A stretch of DNA of 64,000 nucleotides from Nageia nagi (lineage: Eukaryota > Plantae > Pinophyta), in NCBI GenBank assembly GCA_050084985.1, contig JBITNC010000001.1, positions 70,494,001-70,558,000 of the forward strand. Direction: 5' to 3'. A program made the translations under genes and the position numbers. Positions 52,201 through 64,000 of the stretch are shown one piece after another (position 1 is the first letter of the stretch; the number at the start of each line of letters is the position of its first letter). Below the pieces are notes generated by a model. That model was given only the letters and a program-made list of their open reading frames with translations, did not search any database and was not told the DNA's origin.

Positions 52201-54368
52201 ACTTCCATCATAAAATAAAATTTTATGCCTTGGTTCTAGTTTGAGGGACTCTCTTTGTATCCTTTCTTTGGTAGTTGAGTTACCTTTTTGAGATACTTGG
52301 TATTCATACTATTTTGATGCTTCCATGCTTCAAAGATTTTTGTAGTGTTCTATTAGTTCTTATAGGAATAAAATTAATTATTGGGATTCTTTTTGTGACT
52401 ATTACCATTTTTCATTAGACATTGCATAGCATATGCATTTGGTACTCCATCACTTGGAGTTGTAGTTCCATTCTACCATAGCATGTCATTCATTAGACTT
52501 CCATATGGTTACTCTTGAAGATAAAAGAGTCATAGTAGACATTCAAATAATTATTTGGTCACCATTTTGAATCTCTTGCATTGCTTCATATTTTACCTTT
52601 GGAGATTACATCGATATCAACCACTTTGTATCTTGATCATTTTGGTTTTCTTCTCAACCCCTCCTATGGAACTAAAATCCATAATATATTATACACATAG
52701 GCAAGATTACAATGAATACCATAGTGTTATACACATGGTATTGAGGACATGATATTACAAGATAATTGTAAACATTAAAGGATATTAAATAGATTATTCT
52801 AAGCATTTAATCTTATCTTTGATACCTAATTATGGACTTTATTATTATGATAACTCATCATTATACCTAATTAATAATATTATTTATTATTCCTTATCAT
52901 TTGAGGAGTATCAAGACCATATACCAGCCATGAATACTCATACTAAAGGGGATTATGATTTAGTCAATGTAATGGATTATGAATAAGAAGGTGAAATCAA
53001 ATATGATTCCCATACTCCCCCGATAATTTCTTCTAGGATAGAATTAATTTTCACTTATTCTTCCTCCCCCTAAAAGATTCAAAACAAGATGATATCACCT
53101 CGAAAGTTCTTAAATAATAAGCAAAAAAAGGGTACTCATAAACTACAAAAAACCCAACTATGAGGTCACAGACCAAGAAAGGCTCCACTCCTCATAAAAA
53201 CCCCATTTCACATAAATCCTCATCTAAGCATTCATATAAGGCAACTATAGGGAAGGGATATGGTGATGATGAGAATGAATAAAGGTGAAAGAAAAGAAAA
53301 CAAGATGAGAATGATAAATAAATTATCACTTTTGATGATGCTAGTACTCTTGATCAAATTAGTTCAAATAATCTTTTGAAGAATTTAGATATTGATGCGT
53401 ATTTGGAAATCTTTAAGAAGCTAGCAATGGTAGTGAAAGAGAAGAAAATGTAGATGTTACAAAAGAAGTAGTTTCCTTGATACAAACAAAACTACCAAAT
53501 TTCATAGAGTTTTTCAATGAGACTCTATGCATAAGTCAACTCTCAAATAGTGTCAAGAAGCCAAAGGAGAAAAGCCACATAAATATTAGCACAACAAAAT
53601 ATTACATTGGACCTTTAGGGATCAAATCAAATGCATATATCATCGATCAAGGCACCAAGAACCTAACCAAGTTAGCACATGAAAGGGAACCCGAGTTTAA
53701 TAAGTTGAAGAATGAGGTAAAGCACATGAATGAGACCTTTAAAGAATTCAAGGATATGGGAGATGATAAATAAGATTTGAATTCTAAATATAGAATAGGT
53801 TGTGCATTAGAGAAGAGAATTTATAACTAATTGATAAATCAATTAAATTCTTTAGGAAGGATTATCATGACCTCATGTATCTTGATAATATTAATTTTTA
53901 TATTTATTGTGCCAATGTGGATGTCAACAAATTCATCAATCAATGGGAAGTAGAAGTGGAAAATGTTTTCAAGATTGAACATGAAAAGATCAATGATGAG
54001 AGGTTGATAGATTTTTAAAAAGAGTTTTCATTCCTCTTTGATTGGTTATTGAGTGTTATACCTAGATGAAAATATTTTAAGGAGGAATTTGGTGAGGTAT
54101 ATATAGGAAATTGAGGTACCATTATTTTAATAGAAATCCCTACTCTTGGTGAATCAATTCATTGGAGGACTAATGATGAAGTGCAACAAAGTTTGGAAGA
54201 GATATTCGAGAAAAAATTCAAATCTTAAGTTACAAAAGAAGAGATCATTAAAGAATATGAACACTACCTATCATGGACTATACAAGTTAAAATAGATCAT
54301 CAAAGGATAAAGAGTTGGATGATAGGTAATATGATTTTTTAGTGCTAGGGACTATTGGAAGGTAATGA
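49225..54368 (+). pseudogene. Second copy of the LTR-embedded accessory ORF, interrupted by 51072-52899
   Basis: Track ORF 49742..49924 matches 31953..32195; ORF 53477..53773 matches ~33615-33870. Confidence 0.7.
51072..52899. mobile_element. 1828-bp non-coding element with ~203-bp terminal inverted repeats, TG...CA ends and 5-bp TSD
   Basis: 51072-51274 is an imperfect reverse complement of 52697-52899 (TGATAAGGAATAA.AAATAATATT.TTAATTAGGTATAAT...). Flanks TTAGA/TTTGA; the empty site in the 5' LTR (~33033) has a single TTCAA. Confidence 0.9.
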
Positions 54369-55674
54369 TATAGTTCATAAGTTTTCAAGAGGAGACATCA
54401 AGGAAAAGGTCTTAGGAATGATGGCTTTGATTGCTTCTTCTCCATCGATAAATTGATAAAATGCATTGTGTTGTTATTTATTATATTATTATCATTATAA
54501 ATATAATTAATGGTGTTAGAAATGTTTTCCCCCTTAATATACAAAGTTAGATTATTTTTTAAGTTTTTATTCTACAAAGACTTAGTCATTTTTACGAGTT
54601 AGCCATATCAGACTTAGTAAACATTTTGATGCTAAATAATTAGAGTTTTCTAAATTAGGTTTTCAAATAAGGGTTTCATGGTAGTTAGGTTTTTATTTTA
54701 AACCTAACTACATCCATGTACTACTTAAATTCATGAAAGCCTCATTTGTAACTCTCTCTCTAAATTCTAAAAGTTGCACATTTAAAGCTTTAGCAGTATA
54801 AGATAGTGTCTTTGGCATCTCGCTTATGTATACTTGTTTCTTTGATACTTATTTAAGTTGGAAATGAATTTCAAGTGTATTTAGTAATTAATTCTCTATA
54901 TTTGGATAATACTATCTTTTTGTAAACTTAAAAAGCAATCAACATTTGAGTTAGTGATAGAAATATGATATATTATGCACGCTATGTAGCATAATGTTTT
55001 ATTAAGGGAACTAAGTTTTTAATGAATAAGAAGTAAAAGAGACTAAGTGAAAGTTAACTTACATGAAGTATATCACTTCTTACTTATAACTTGATTAACT
55101 CAAGAAAAAATCTTTTAGCTTGGTTAAAAGGTTAAGTGATTGTTTACTTTTCTAGAATTGGTGGAATGATCATTTAGTTCAAGGATGAGAAAATTTATGA
55201 GAAAATCAAACTAAGTCTTTGCAAATTAAAAGAAAAAGATGAAAAAAATATAAAAATATTTATTTAATATGAGAAGAGATACTTATGTGAAGCATATTAC
55301 TATCTTCCTTGTAACTTGGATAACTTGAGCAAGTTTAATACAACTAAGTTAGAAACATTAGATAATTGATTACTTTTCAAGAATTGGTAGACCAAATATT
55401 TAATCTAAGTATGGGAAAGATCATTATAAATATAACTTAAATATTAACATAATTCATTATCACTAAGCAAACACATCGAGGATCACCTTGTTAAAAGGAA
55501 GATCTTAGATCCTTACTATACCCTTTTTCTATCTGATAAGAAAAAGTGGTTAACAAGATTTGCTCTTCTTCTTCTTCTTCCAATCTTAAGATTTATTGGT
55601 ATTGGGATAGGATATTTAGTTATTCTTTCTTCCATCCAAAATATTAAATTTAATCATTTATCTACAATACTAGT

Positions 55675-56881
55675 TTATCTATAATTTCCTTGAACTTATA
55701 GCTTAAAAAGGAACCATCACATATAGATTGAAAAATCATAGAAGTTGAAATGGAAACTAGAACCTAATGCCAATAAAAAATAAGAATGAAAACATATTCA
55801 AGCATTCAAAAAATTAATACAAGTTTATTAGAGAGGTTCATCTTAGTATGAGAGTATGTTCCCTATAGTATCCACCATCAAGCCCATCATTCTATTATGC
55901 AATAAGTTTACAATAGCATTTACAATCCTTCAAAGTATTCTCAAACCCAAAATTAAATCCCACAACATGCAAACAAACTACAATAGTGATGAATAGGTAT
56001 ACAATAATTTTGATTCATTCTCCAACTTCCTTATTCTCTATTATACCTTCTCCTCCCCTTATCACATGTCTCCATAAGGATATGTAGGTAGAGACTGACA
56101 TCCCTAAAGCAATCACATGACTTTTCAACTTCCTAGTAACTTGCACTACACATATAAAAATGACTCAAAATGAAACACCTTCCATCCATACCTGATCTAT
56201 TTTTCCATTCCAAGAAATAACCATAGTGTTGGCACTAGCATGTTGTGTGTATAAGTAGGTGAAAGATCAAGTACTAGGTTAGGTGTCACACAAACTGTCA
56301 AGTGAACGATGGGATCTTAATTAGCATCCATGCTAGTCTTGATATGTAATATTTTGGTATCCATATAAAAAATCATAATAATAATATACCAATTACATCA
56401 AATTCATTATTTTATCCTAACTCTTGAGAAACACTAGTGTGGGTGTTGGTATCAATGCTAGCATTGGTAGTTTTGACACTTCTATGGAAAACATCTTAGA
56501 TTGTGATCAAATATTTGACAAAGGTAGGCATTAATATACTCATTGGAAAGGTATCTTCAACAATTATTCAATGAAGAAATAATCAACCCAATTGGATTAT
56601 TCTATAAAAATTTACACCTTACCAAATATGACTTTTCCATTTTTGATAGGTTCCATGACAGAAAATTCACAAGACATAATAGAAAATCTCCAAACATCAC
56701 CTAAAGGTGAGTGTTCTAAATCCTCATTCTAAGGATTTTACCCTTAGATACTTTGATCAAACATGGAGTGATTACAAAATCTAAACCTTTTCAGAAATAA
56801 TATTTTAGTTTAAATAATATATCAAGCTCATAAGTGAAAGTCTTTGGCCAAATTAGCACTTAAGGCAAATTTTCCACATCA
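55675..56881 (-). repeat. 5' LTR of the chromovirus
   Basis: Begins TGATGTGG on the minus strand at 56881; matches 24716-25928. Confidence 0.9.
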
Positions 56882-57000
56882 AACATGAAGAGAAAAATAT
56901 ATATACAAAAAAAAGGAATAATATTAAGATCCATAAATAAATATTTGGATGGAGATGATGTGTCCTACATAGATTCCCAATATCTATATCCTATAACTTT

Positions 57001-57084
57001 TGATGTTGAGGAGACTCATAATGATGTTATAAAGACTTAGATTGATGTTGGGGAGACTTGAATTAATGTTGGAGAAACTTAAAA
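57001..57084. repeat. 21-bp minisatellite, 4 copies
   Basis: TGATGTTGRGGAGACTT...-like units at 57001, 57022, 57043, 57064. Confidence 0.85.
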
Positions 57085-57126
57085 TGAAGTATACACATAT
57101 GATCCAATTTAAATATTTTGTATCCA

Positions 57127-57279
57127 ATTTTGGATTAAATTATTTTATTGTAGGAATTCAAATATCACTTGCACATGATTTTAGATTAAACTATTTTATT
57201 GTAGGAATCTAAATATTACTTGCATGTGATTTTGGATTAAACTATTTTAGTATAGAATTGGAATATCACTTGCATGTGA
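57127..57279. repeat. 51-bp tandem repeat, 3 copies
   Basis: ATTTTGGATTAAA.TATTTTATTGTAGGAAT..AAATATCACTTGCA..TG at 57127, 57178, 57229. Confidence 0.9.
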
Positions 57280-58129
57280 TTTATGTGGCCTTCCATGGTA
57301 CAATGCTTGGCTGTAATGTCAATATAAACATGTTGGTGTTCAATATAAACTTGTTGGTGCTCATATGTATTTATCATGGTTATAAGAATTGTAATTCTTA
57401 ACATATTTAGAATGAAGTGGGTTTCATTTGACTATAACATATTCCTTGGATAAATGTGTAAATGCATTGGGAAAATGGGTGACATTGCATTATGATTATA
57501 AGACCACATGAAAGATTAATATAAGTTTTTCAATGAATCATAGGGGTTTTCAACTTAAATAAATATTGCAAGTGTGTATCCTTTGATATTCTTATTTTTT
57601 CATCTTTTAAGCATATTATGATAGACCTTGTAAAATAAGTAAGTGTTGATTAGTACATTGTAAAATTAGGCTAGTTTCTATTGAGATGATTTAATAAGTA
57701 CAAGCATGAAAATTTAAATAAAAATGGAATCTTAATGAATAGGAACTAATGGTTGGATAAACCATGATACTTAAAGTATTCTAAAAGAAAAATAGAACAC
57801 AATGCTTAAAGCATAATGAGCTAGTATGTTAAAATACCTCATTTGGCTTTAATGACCATGAGAATATAATTATTGATATATACAATTATGATCAATTTAG
57901 AAAATTTATGATATCATTACTTGTTCTCCAAATATATATTAGTAAAAGTCAATAATTAAACTACTACTTTGATCTCATAGAGCTCTAGAATTTGATCTTA
58001 TTACAAGTTTAACTCAATATTGTTAATTTTGTTGTAGAGATTACAATAATTTAGTAATTTCAAATTCCCAATGAATTAGAGAATACTTATGTAGTAAGAT
58101 TAAGATACTCATAAATATACACATTTGCA

Positions 58130-58311
58130 AAAAATGAATATATATATATATAACAATTAGAAATGATAAAACATAATAAGTTTGTATGTATAATATCAAA
58201 ACACATGCATATAAATGCATATATACACATGCTTTCTTTATATATGTATAATTTTATATATATACACATAAGCTATATATATATATATATAATAATATAT
58301 ATATATATATA

Positions 58312-58354
<43 letters not shown>

Positions 58355-58366
58355 ATATAAATATAT
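58130..58366. repeat. (TA)n-rich low-complexity tract
   Basis: Interrupted TA runs, purest at ~58275-58350. Confidence 0.9.
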
Positions 58367-61010
58367 GCCTAGTCAAACATGAAAAGTATGGAGATATATT
58401 ATATATATTGAAATCTAATTTGAAAGAGTCTTTGATGTATGTATAAACCCTATTTCAAATCCCCCAATTTGGTGCATGCTTTGATAACATTTGTCAAGGT
58501 GAATTGATTTTGCTAGACTACTATTTTTTGTTATATTTGATGAAATAATGTTAATTCCTATCAATAAAGTCATGTCTTATACATCAAAAGTATACACAAA
58601 GATTGTATAACTCTAATATTTTATATATGTAAATTCAAAAAGCTTTTATGTACACATTTGCAAAGTTTTTATTTTCATAACACATTCACATAAATTATGT
58701 CTATATAAAAGCTTCAACATTGTACAAAGTTAGCTTTCATTTCCTAGCACATTTGCAAATTACTTGACATTGTTATATTTTGACTTTATGCTTTAATTTT
58801 CATTCATCCCAAAAGTATCAAATCATATTCAAATTGGGAATTTGTTAACACCAAAAAAAGAATTTTTATTTAATTAAAATACATCTTTTAGGTATTTGAA
58901 ATGATTTATTTAATTAAGTGATTTATTATGCACACCCAACTACCTTTATGTTTTATGATAATAGGTCAACCTAAAGATAAGCCCAAGGAGGAGTGTTAGC
59001 ACATGTGCACCCAAGGAGGAGCTTTAGTACTATGCCTACTATTTATAAATGTGGAAGGGTTGTGCATGAAAAATAATAACATGATCTACAATCCTTGAAA
59101 GGTGGTAATATACTTGGTCCCATTTGATCAGTATTTCTCAAAGTCACCCATCATATCTAGATTTCTTATACTTTGAATTTTGTTATACTCAAAATTTTGT
59201 TACACTCAAAATTTTGCATTCCTAAAACCTTTTGAAATCATAATATGTGATAATTTGATCTTCAAGGAGGAATCGACAATAATGAGCAAGATTCTAAGGT
59301 TTTCTGGAAAGAATGTTGGGCAATTATGCTCCATTTTAAGTAGTGGTGATCTATGAAGGAAACAATGGTGGTCTCATTTCATGGGAGAGGTTTTTCTTCA
59401 ATCTCTTTGGGTTGGATAGTTCTTACAATCATTGTAACATATAAATTAATAGGTTTGTATTTTCATTAATCTAGTTTTGATATGTTAAGGTCAATTTGGT
59501 CAATTATGATCATTATCATATTTCATGTTATTATAAAATTATTATCATTTTGTTATTATTATATTAAATTTAATATATTAAATAACCCTAATATATTATT
59601 ATTTTGTTTATAACAATAATACAAAACTAACTTTATTTAAAATCAAGTTTGATGATAAGATAAGAGCATTATTAATATCGTATTTTCTTTTTTATTGTTG
59701 GAATAACTTTATTATGGTTGTTAGTAATTCTTATTATAACATGAACTTAGTCTTTGATGAAGTTGTTGGAACTTTTCTATGTGAAGACATGAGGATAAAA
59801 TATACAAGTGAAAGTTCTAATGTTTCTATCATGGTTATGAAAAGAGGAAGATCAAGGGAAAGAGAAAGAAGCAAGTTAAGAGGGAAATACAAAAGGAGAT
59901 CACAATCTAAAGGTAAAAAAAAAATTGAATTGTTAGCATTATGATAAAAAATATCACCTTAAAAATGAATGTTGGAATAGAAAGGAAAATGAAAAAAGGA
60001 GAGTAATAATAATAAAATAGTAGTAATCAAGAAGAAAATATAGTCAATAAAATACTACAATATGCATTGGTATTATCTCTTCATAGAAATAGTGGCTATT
60101 ATGGTGGTTGATTATGGTGCTTCCATTCATGCTACTTCACATAAAGAGTAATTTATAAATTATATTCTTGATGACCATGGTCAAGTACTATTTGGTAATG
60201 TCCATCTATTCAATATTATTGTTATTGGAAATATAACATTAGAATTACCTTCTTGCACATAATGGACTTTAAATACAACAAGATACATTACTAATCTTTA
60301 AAAAACTCTTATATCAATAAGTAAATTGGATAATGAAGGATATATTATTACATTTGGTAATTCTACTTGGAAGGTTTCAAATGGTTCAATGGTGTTTGCA
60401 AAGGATAGAATGGTAAGCACTCTTTATTTTGTTACAAATGTATCTAATTACTCCATTAACCTAGTATCCATAGGCAAAGATGAAACTCTATGGAATATCA
60501 AACTTAGACACATGAGTGAAAAGAATATAAAAATTTTACACTTTAATAAGTTTCTTCAAAATATAAAAGAACTTCATATGGAATTCTATGAAATTATGTG
60601 CATGAACAACAAATAAGAGAAAGCTTTTGTAAAAGCAGGCAAAGATAAGAAAAAGGAAAAGTCAAAGTTGGTTCATACAAATGTGTGGGGTTCTACATAA
60701 GTAACTTAATGGCAATTCTTACTTTGTAACTTTTATTGATGACTCTATAAGAAAAATATGGATTTAATGCATTAATAATAAATCATATGTATTTGAAAAA
60801 TTTAATATTTAGAAGGCACTAGTTGAAAATTAAATAGTTTTAAACTTGAAACATCTCAAATTTGATAATGGTAGTGAATTTTGTAGTAAAGAGTGTGATA
60901 CCTTTCATTCATATAATGGAATTATAAGAATAAAGGTAGTTCCAAAAATACATCAAGAAAAATAGGGTTGTAAAATGAATGAATAGGATAATTTTGAAAT
61001 AGGCTAGAAG

Positions 61011-62025
<1,015 letters not shown>

Positions 62026-64000
62026 AGAAGCATGATGATACATGCATAATTACCTTTATATCTTTGGGCTAATGTTATTGATATTGTTTTTTATTTTATT
62101 AACAAGGTTACATATACTACTTTATATGGAGGCATTCTAGAGGAAATGTGGATAGGAAAAAGGGTAAATTACTCATTCCTTAGAGTCTTTGGTTTTTAGG
62201 CTTTTGTACACATTGATAAAGAAAATTAGAAGAAACTTGATACAAAGTCTCAAAAAGGCAACTTCATTAGATATGGTATTGATGGTTTAGGTTTCAAATT
62301 ATGGGATGATGATAATTAGAAAATCATTAGAAGTAGAGATACAATATTCAATAAAAAATGCATGTACAAATATAGGTTGTAGGTTAAGAACAAACAAAAG
62401 GAAGAGGAACCAAGATTTCTAATTCTTAGTGATGTTGATGAATATGAGAAACCTAAAGAGTAAAGTCAAGGTCCTAAACAATAAGAATCAAAAACTCCAC
62501 ATACAATTATGAGGATATCTTTAAGGGATAGTAGATCTCTTGAACATTATTCTCCTTCTCTTTATTATGTGCTTTATACTGATAGTGGTAAACTTGATTT
62601 TTTTGATGAAGCCATGTAGATGAGTACACAAATTAATTGGAAGCTTGCTATGAAGGAAGAAATGGATTCTTTATTTCATAACAAAACTTGGAATTTTGTT
62701 AAGCATCCTAAAGGTAAAAGAGCACTTACTAATAAATGGGTGTACATGTTGAAGGAAGAGTGATATGGTCAAAAGAGGTACAAAAAAGACTTTCGATAAA
62801 AGATACCACTCAAAAGAAAGGTATAGATTTTGATGAGATATTTTCTTTAATTATAAAAATGATATCTATTAGAATAATATTAAGTATTGTGGCCATTGGA
62901 AATCTATATCTTAAACAATTGGATGTAAAGAAATATTTTCTTTATGGGGATTTAGAGGAGGATATTTAAATGCAACAACCTCAAGGTTTTAATGTTAAAG
63001 GTAAAGAAGTTTATCTTTGTAAGTTGGAAAAGATCTTCTATAACCTCAAACAAGCTCCTAAATAATCATACCTTAAATTTGACACTTTCATTGTAACTAA
63101 TAAGTTCACTATATATCAATAAGATCATTGTGTATTTCAAGAAGAAAAATAATGATAACTATGTTATCTTGCTTTTGTATATGGATGATATGCTGGTAGT
63201 AGGAACTAGTATGAATGATATTATTGATCTTAAAGAAAATTTACCTAAAATTTTTATAATGAAGGATTTGGATGAGGTTGAATAAATTCTTTGAATGAAA
63301 ATTATTGGAGATAAAAAAAAATACATGCTAGAGTTAAATCAAGAAGTTTATATTGAAAAGGTGCTAAAAAGGTTTAATATGAAAGATGCAAAACTTGTTA
63401 CTACTTCATTGGCAAAGCATTTTAAACACACTAAATATTTATTATTCTAAGAGAAGATAGGAATGACTATCTATGAAAAAGGTTCCCTATACTTCAGTAG
63501 TTGGGAGTTTAATGTATGCAATGGTGTTTACTAGACAAGATACATCACAAGCAATATAAACTGTAAGCAAATTTATGAACAATACAAGAAAGGATAATTG
63601 AGAAGAAGTTTAGTGGATTCTTAGGTATTTGATGGGTACTTTTCATTACTCTTTCTATTTTCTAGGTTATAACATTTTTTGCATGGTTATGTTGATTCAA
63701 ATATGGAATATAATCTTGATGGTGGGAGAAGCACTATAGATTATATATTTACCTTTTGTTGTACACTAATTAGTTGTATCTCTAAGATCCAATAAATGGT
63801 ATCTCTCTCAACCATGAAATTTGAATATGTTACTTCTATATAATCTAGCAAGGAGTTGATTTGGTTGCAAAGATTATCAAAGGAATTGGGTAAGAAGAAA
63901 GGATATGCAAATCTATAAATTAATAGTCAAAGTGCTATCCATTTTGCAAAGAAATCAACCTTCCATTAGAGAACCAAACATATTTAACATAGGTATCACT

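Larger units (their letters stand above)
30242..55555 (+). mobile_element. Large Tat-clade Ty3/Gypsy element inserted in the chromovirus gag, TSD GGATT/AGATT
   Basis: Two long direct repeats; the 3' copy runs TGTTATCAC...GTGGTTAACA. Flanks GGATT (30237-30241) and AGATT (55556-55560). PBS-like site after 39554; internal gag-PR-aRH-RT-RH-INT. Confidence 0.88.
47562..55555 (+). repeat. 3' LTR of the Tat element (~6.2 kb plus a 1.83-kb insertion)
   Basis: TGTTATCAC...GTGGTTAACA; colinear with the 5' copy and retains blocks (~48230-48600, ~50720-50940) missing there. Confidence 0.88.
24716..56881 (-). mobile_element. Full-length Ty3/Gypsy chromovirus (~6.9 kb without the nested element), TSD AACAT
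   Basis: Paired ~1.2-kb LTRs; AACAT at 24711-24715 and 56882-56886; PPT GGGGAGGTG (minus strand, 25929-25937); degraded Met-type PBS ~55662-55672; gag-PR-RT-RH-INT-chromodomain between them. Confidence 0.92.

Noticed and set aside
30242-55555. Segmental duplication or assembly artefact as the cause of the two 5-6 kb repeats
   Set aside because: The copies are diverged, carry different insertions, and are framed by a TSD, PBS and gag-pol as LTRs would be.
57001-57360. CRISPR-like array
   Set aside because: Head-to-tail degenerate units without unique spacers, eukaryotic context, no cas genes.
58980-59440. Possible 5' LTR of the Copia element (CAAGGAGGAG-TGTTAG ... TGTAACA)
   Set aside because: Preceded by a PPT-like tract rather than a TSD, no PBS follows, and no partner LTR lies in the window, so it cannot be assigned.

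Overview
AT-rich, strongly CpG/CHG-depleted eukaryotic DNA, almost entirely old, nested, degenerate transposable elements. The element types and the style of a captured PPR fragment suggest a gymnosperm (conifer-like) genome (inference). No intact host gene was found. Left to right: a Tat-type Gypsy pol fragment and a 100-N gap; a decayed rolling-circle element with a full four-domain RPA70 pseudogene (1541-~3413) directly upstream of a Helitron2/Helentron-type DUF6570-Rep-Pif1 pseudogene (3781-~8250); a CpG-retaining island (~9.3-10.2 kb); a minus-strand L1 LINE (~10.75-19.65 kb) interrupted by an RTE-type LINE, a 257-bp insert and a Pack-CACTA carrying a PPR-E/E+ fragment; LTR debris; a chromovirus (24716-56881, TSD AACAT) into which a ~25-kb Tat element (30242-55555; order PR-aRH-RT-RH-INT) has inserted, with 5-6 kb LTRs that each contain a ~3-kb decayed ORF; and a Copia element (~59.6-64 kb). 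Two inserts (51072-52899, 61011-62025) combine TG...CA ends, 5-bp TSDs and terminal INVERTED repeats. All translations and alignments were done by eye; pseudogene boundaries are approximate.
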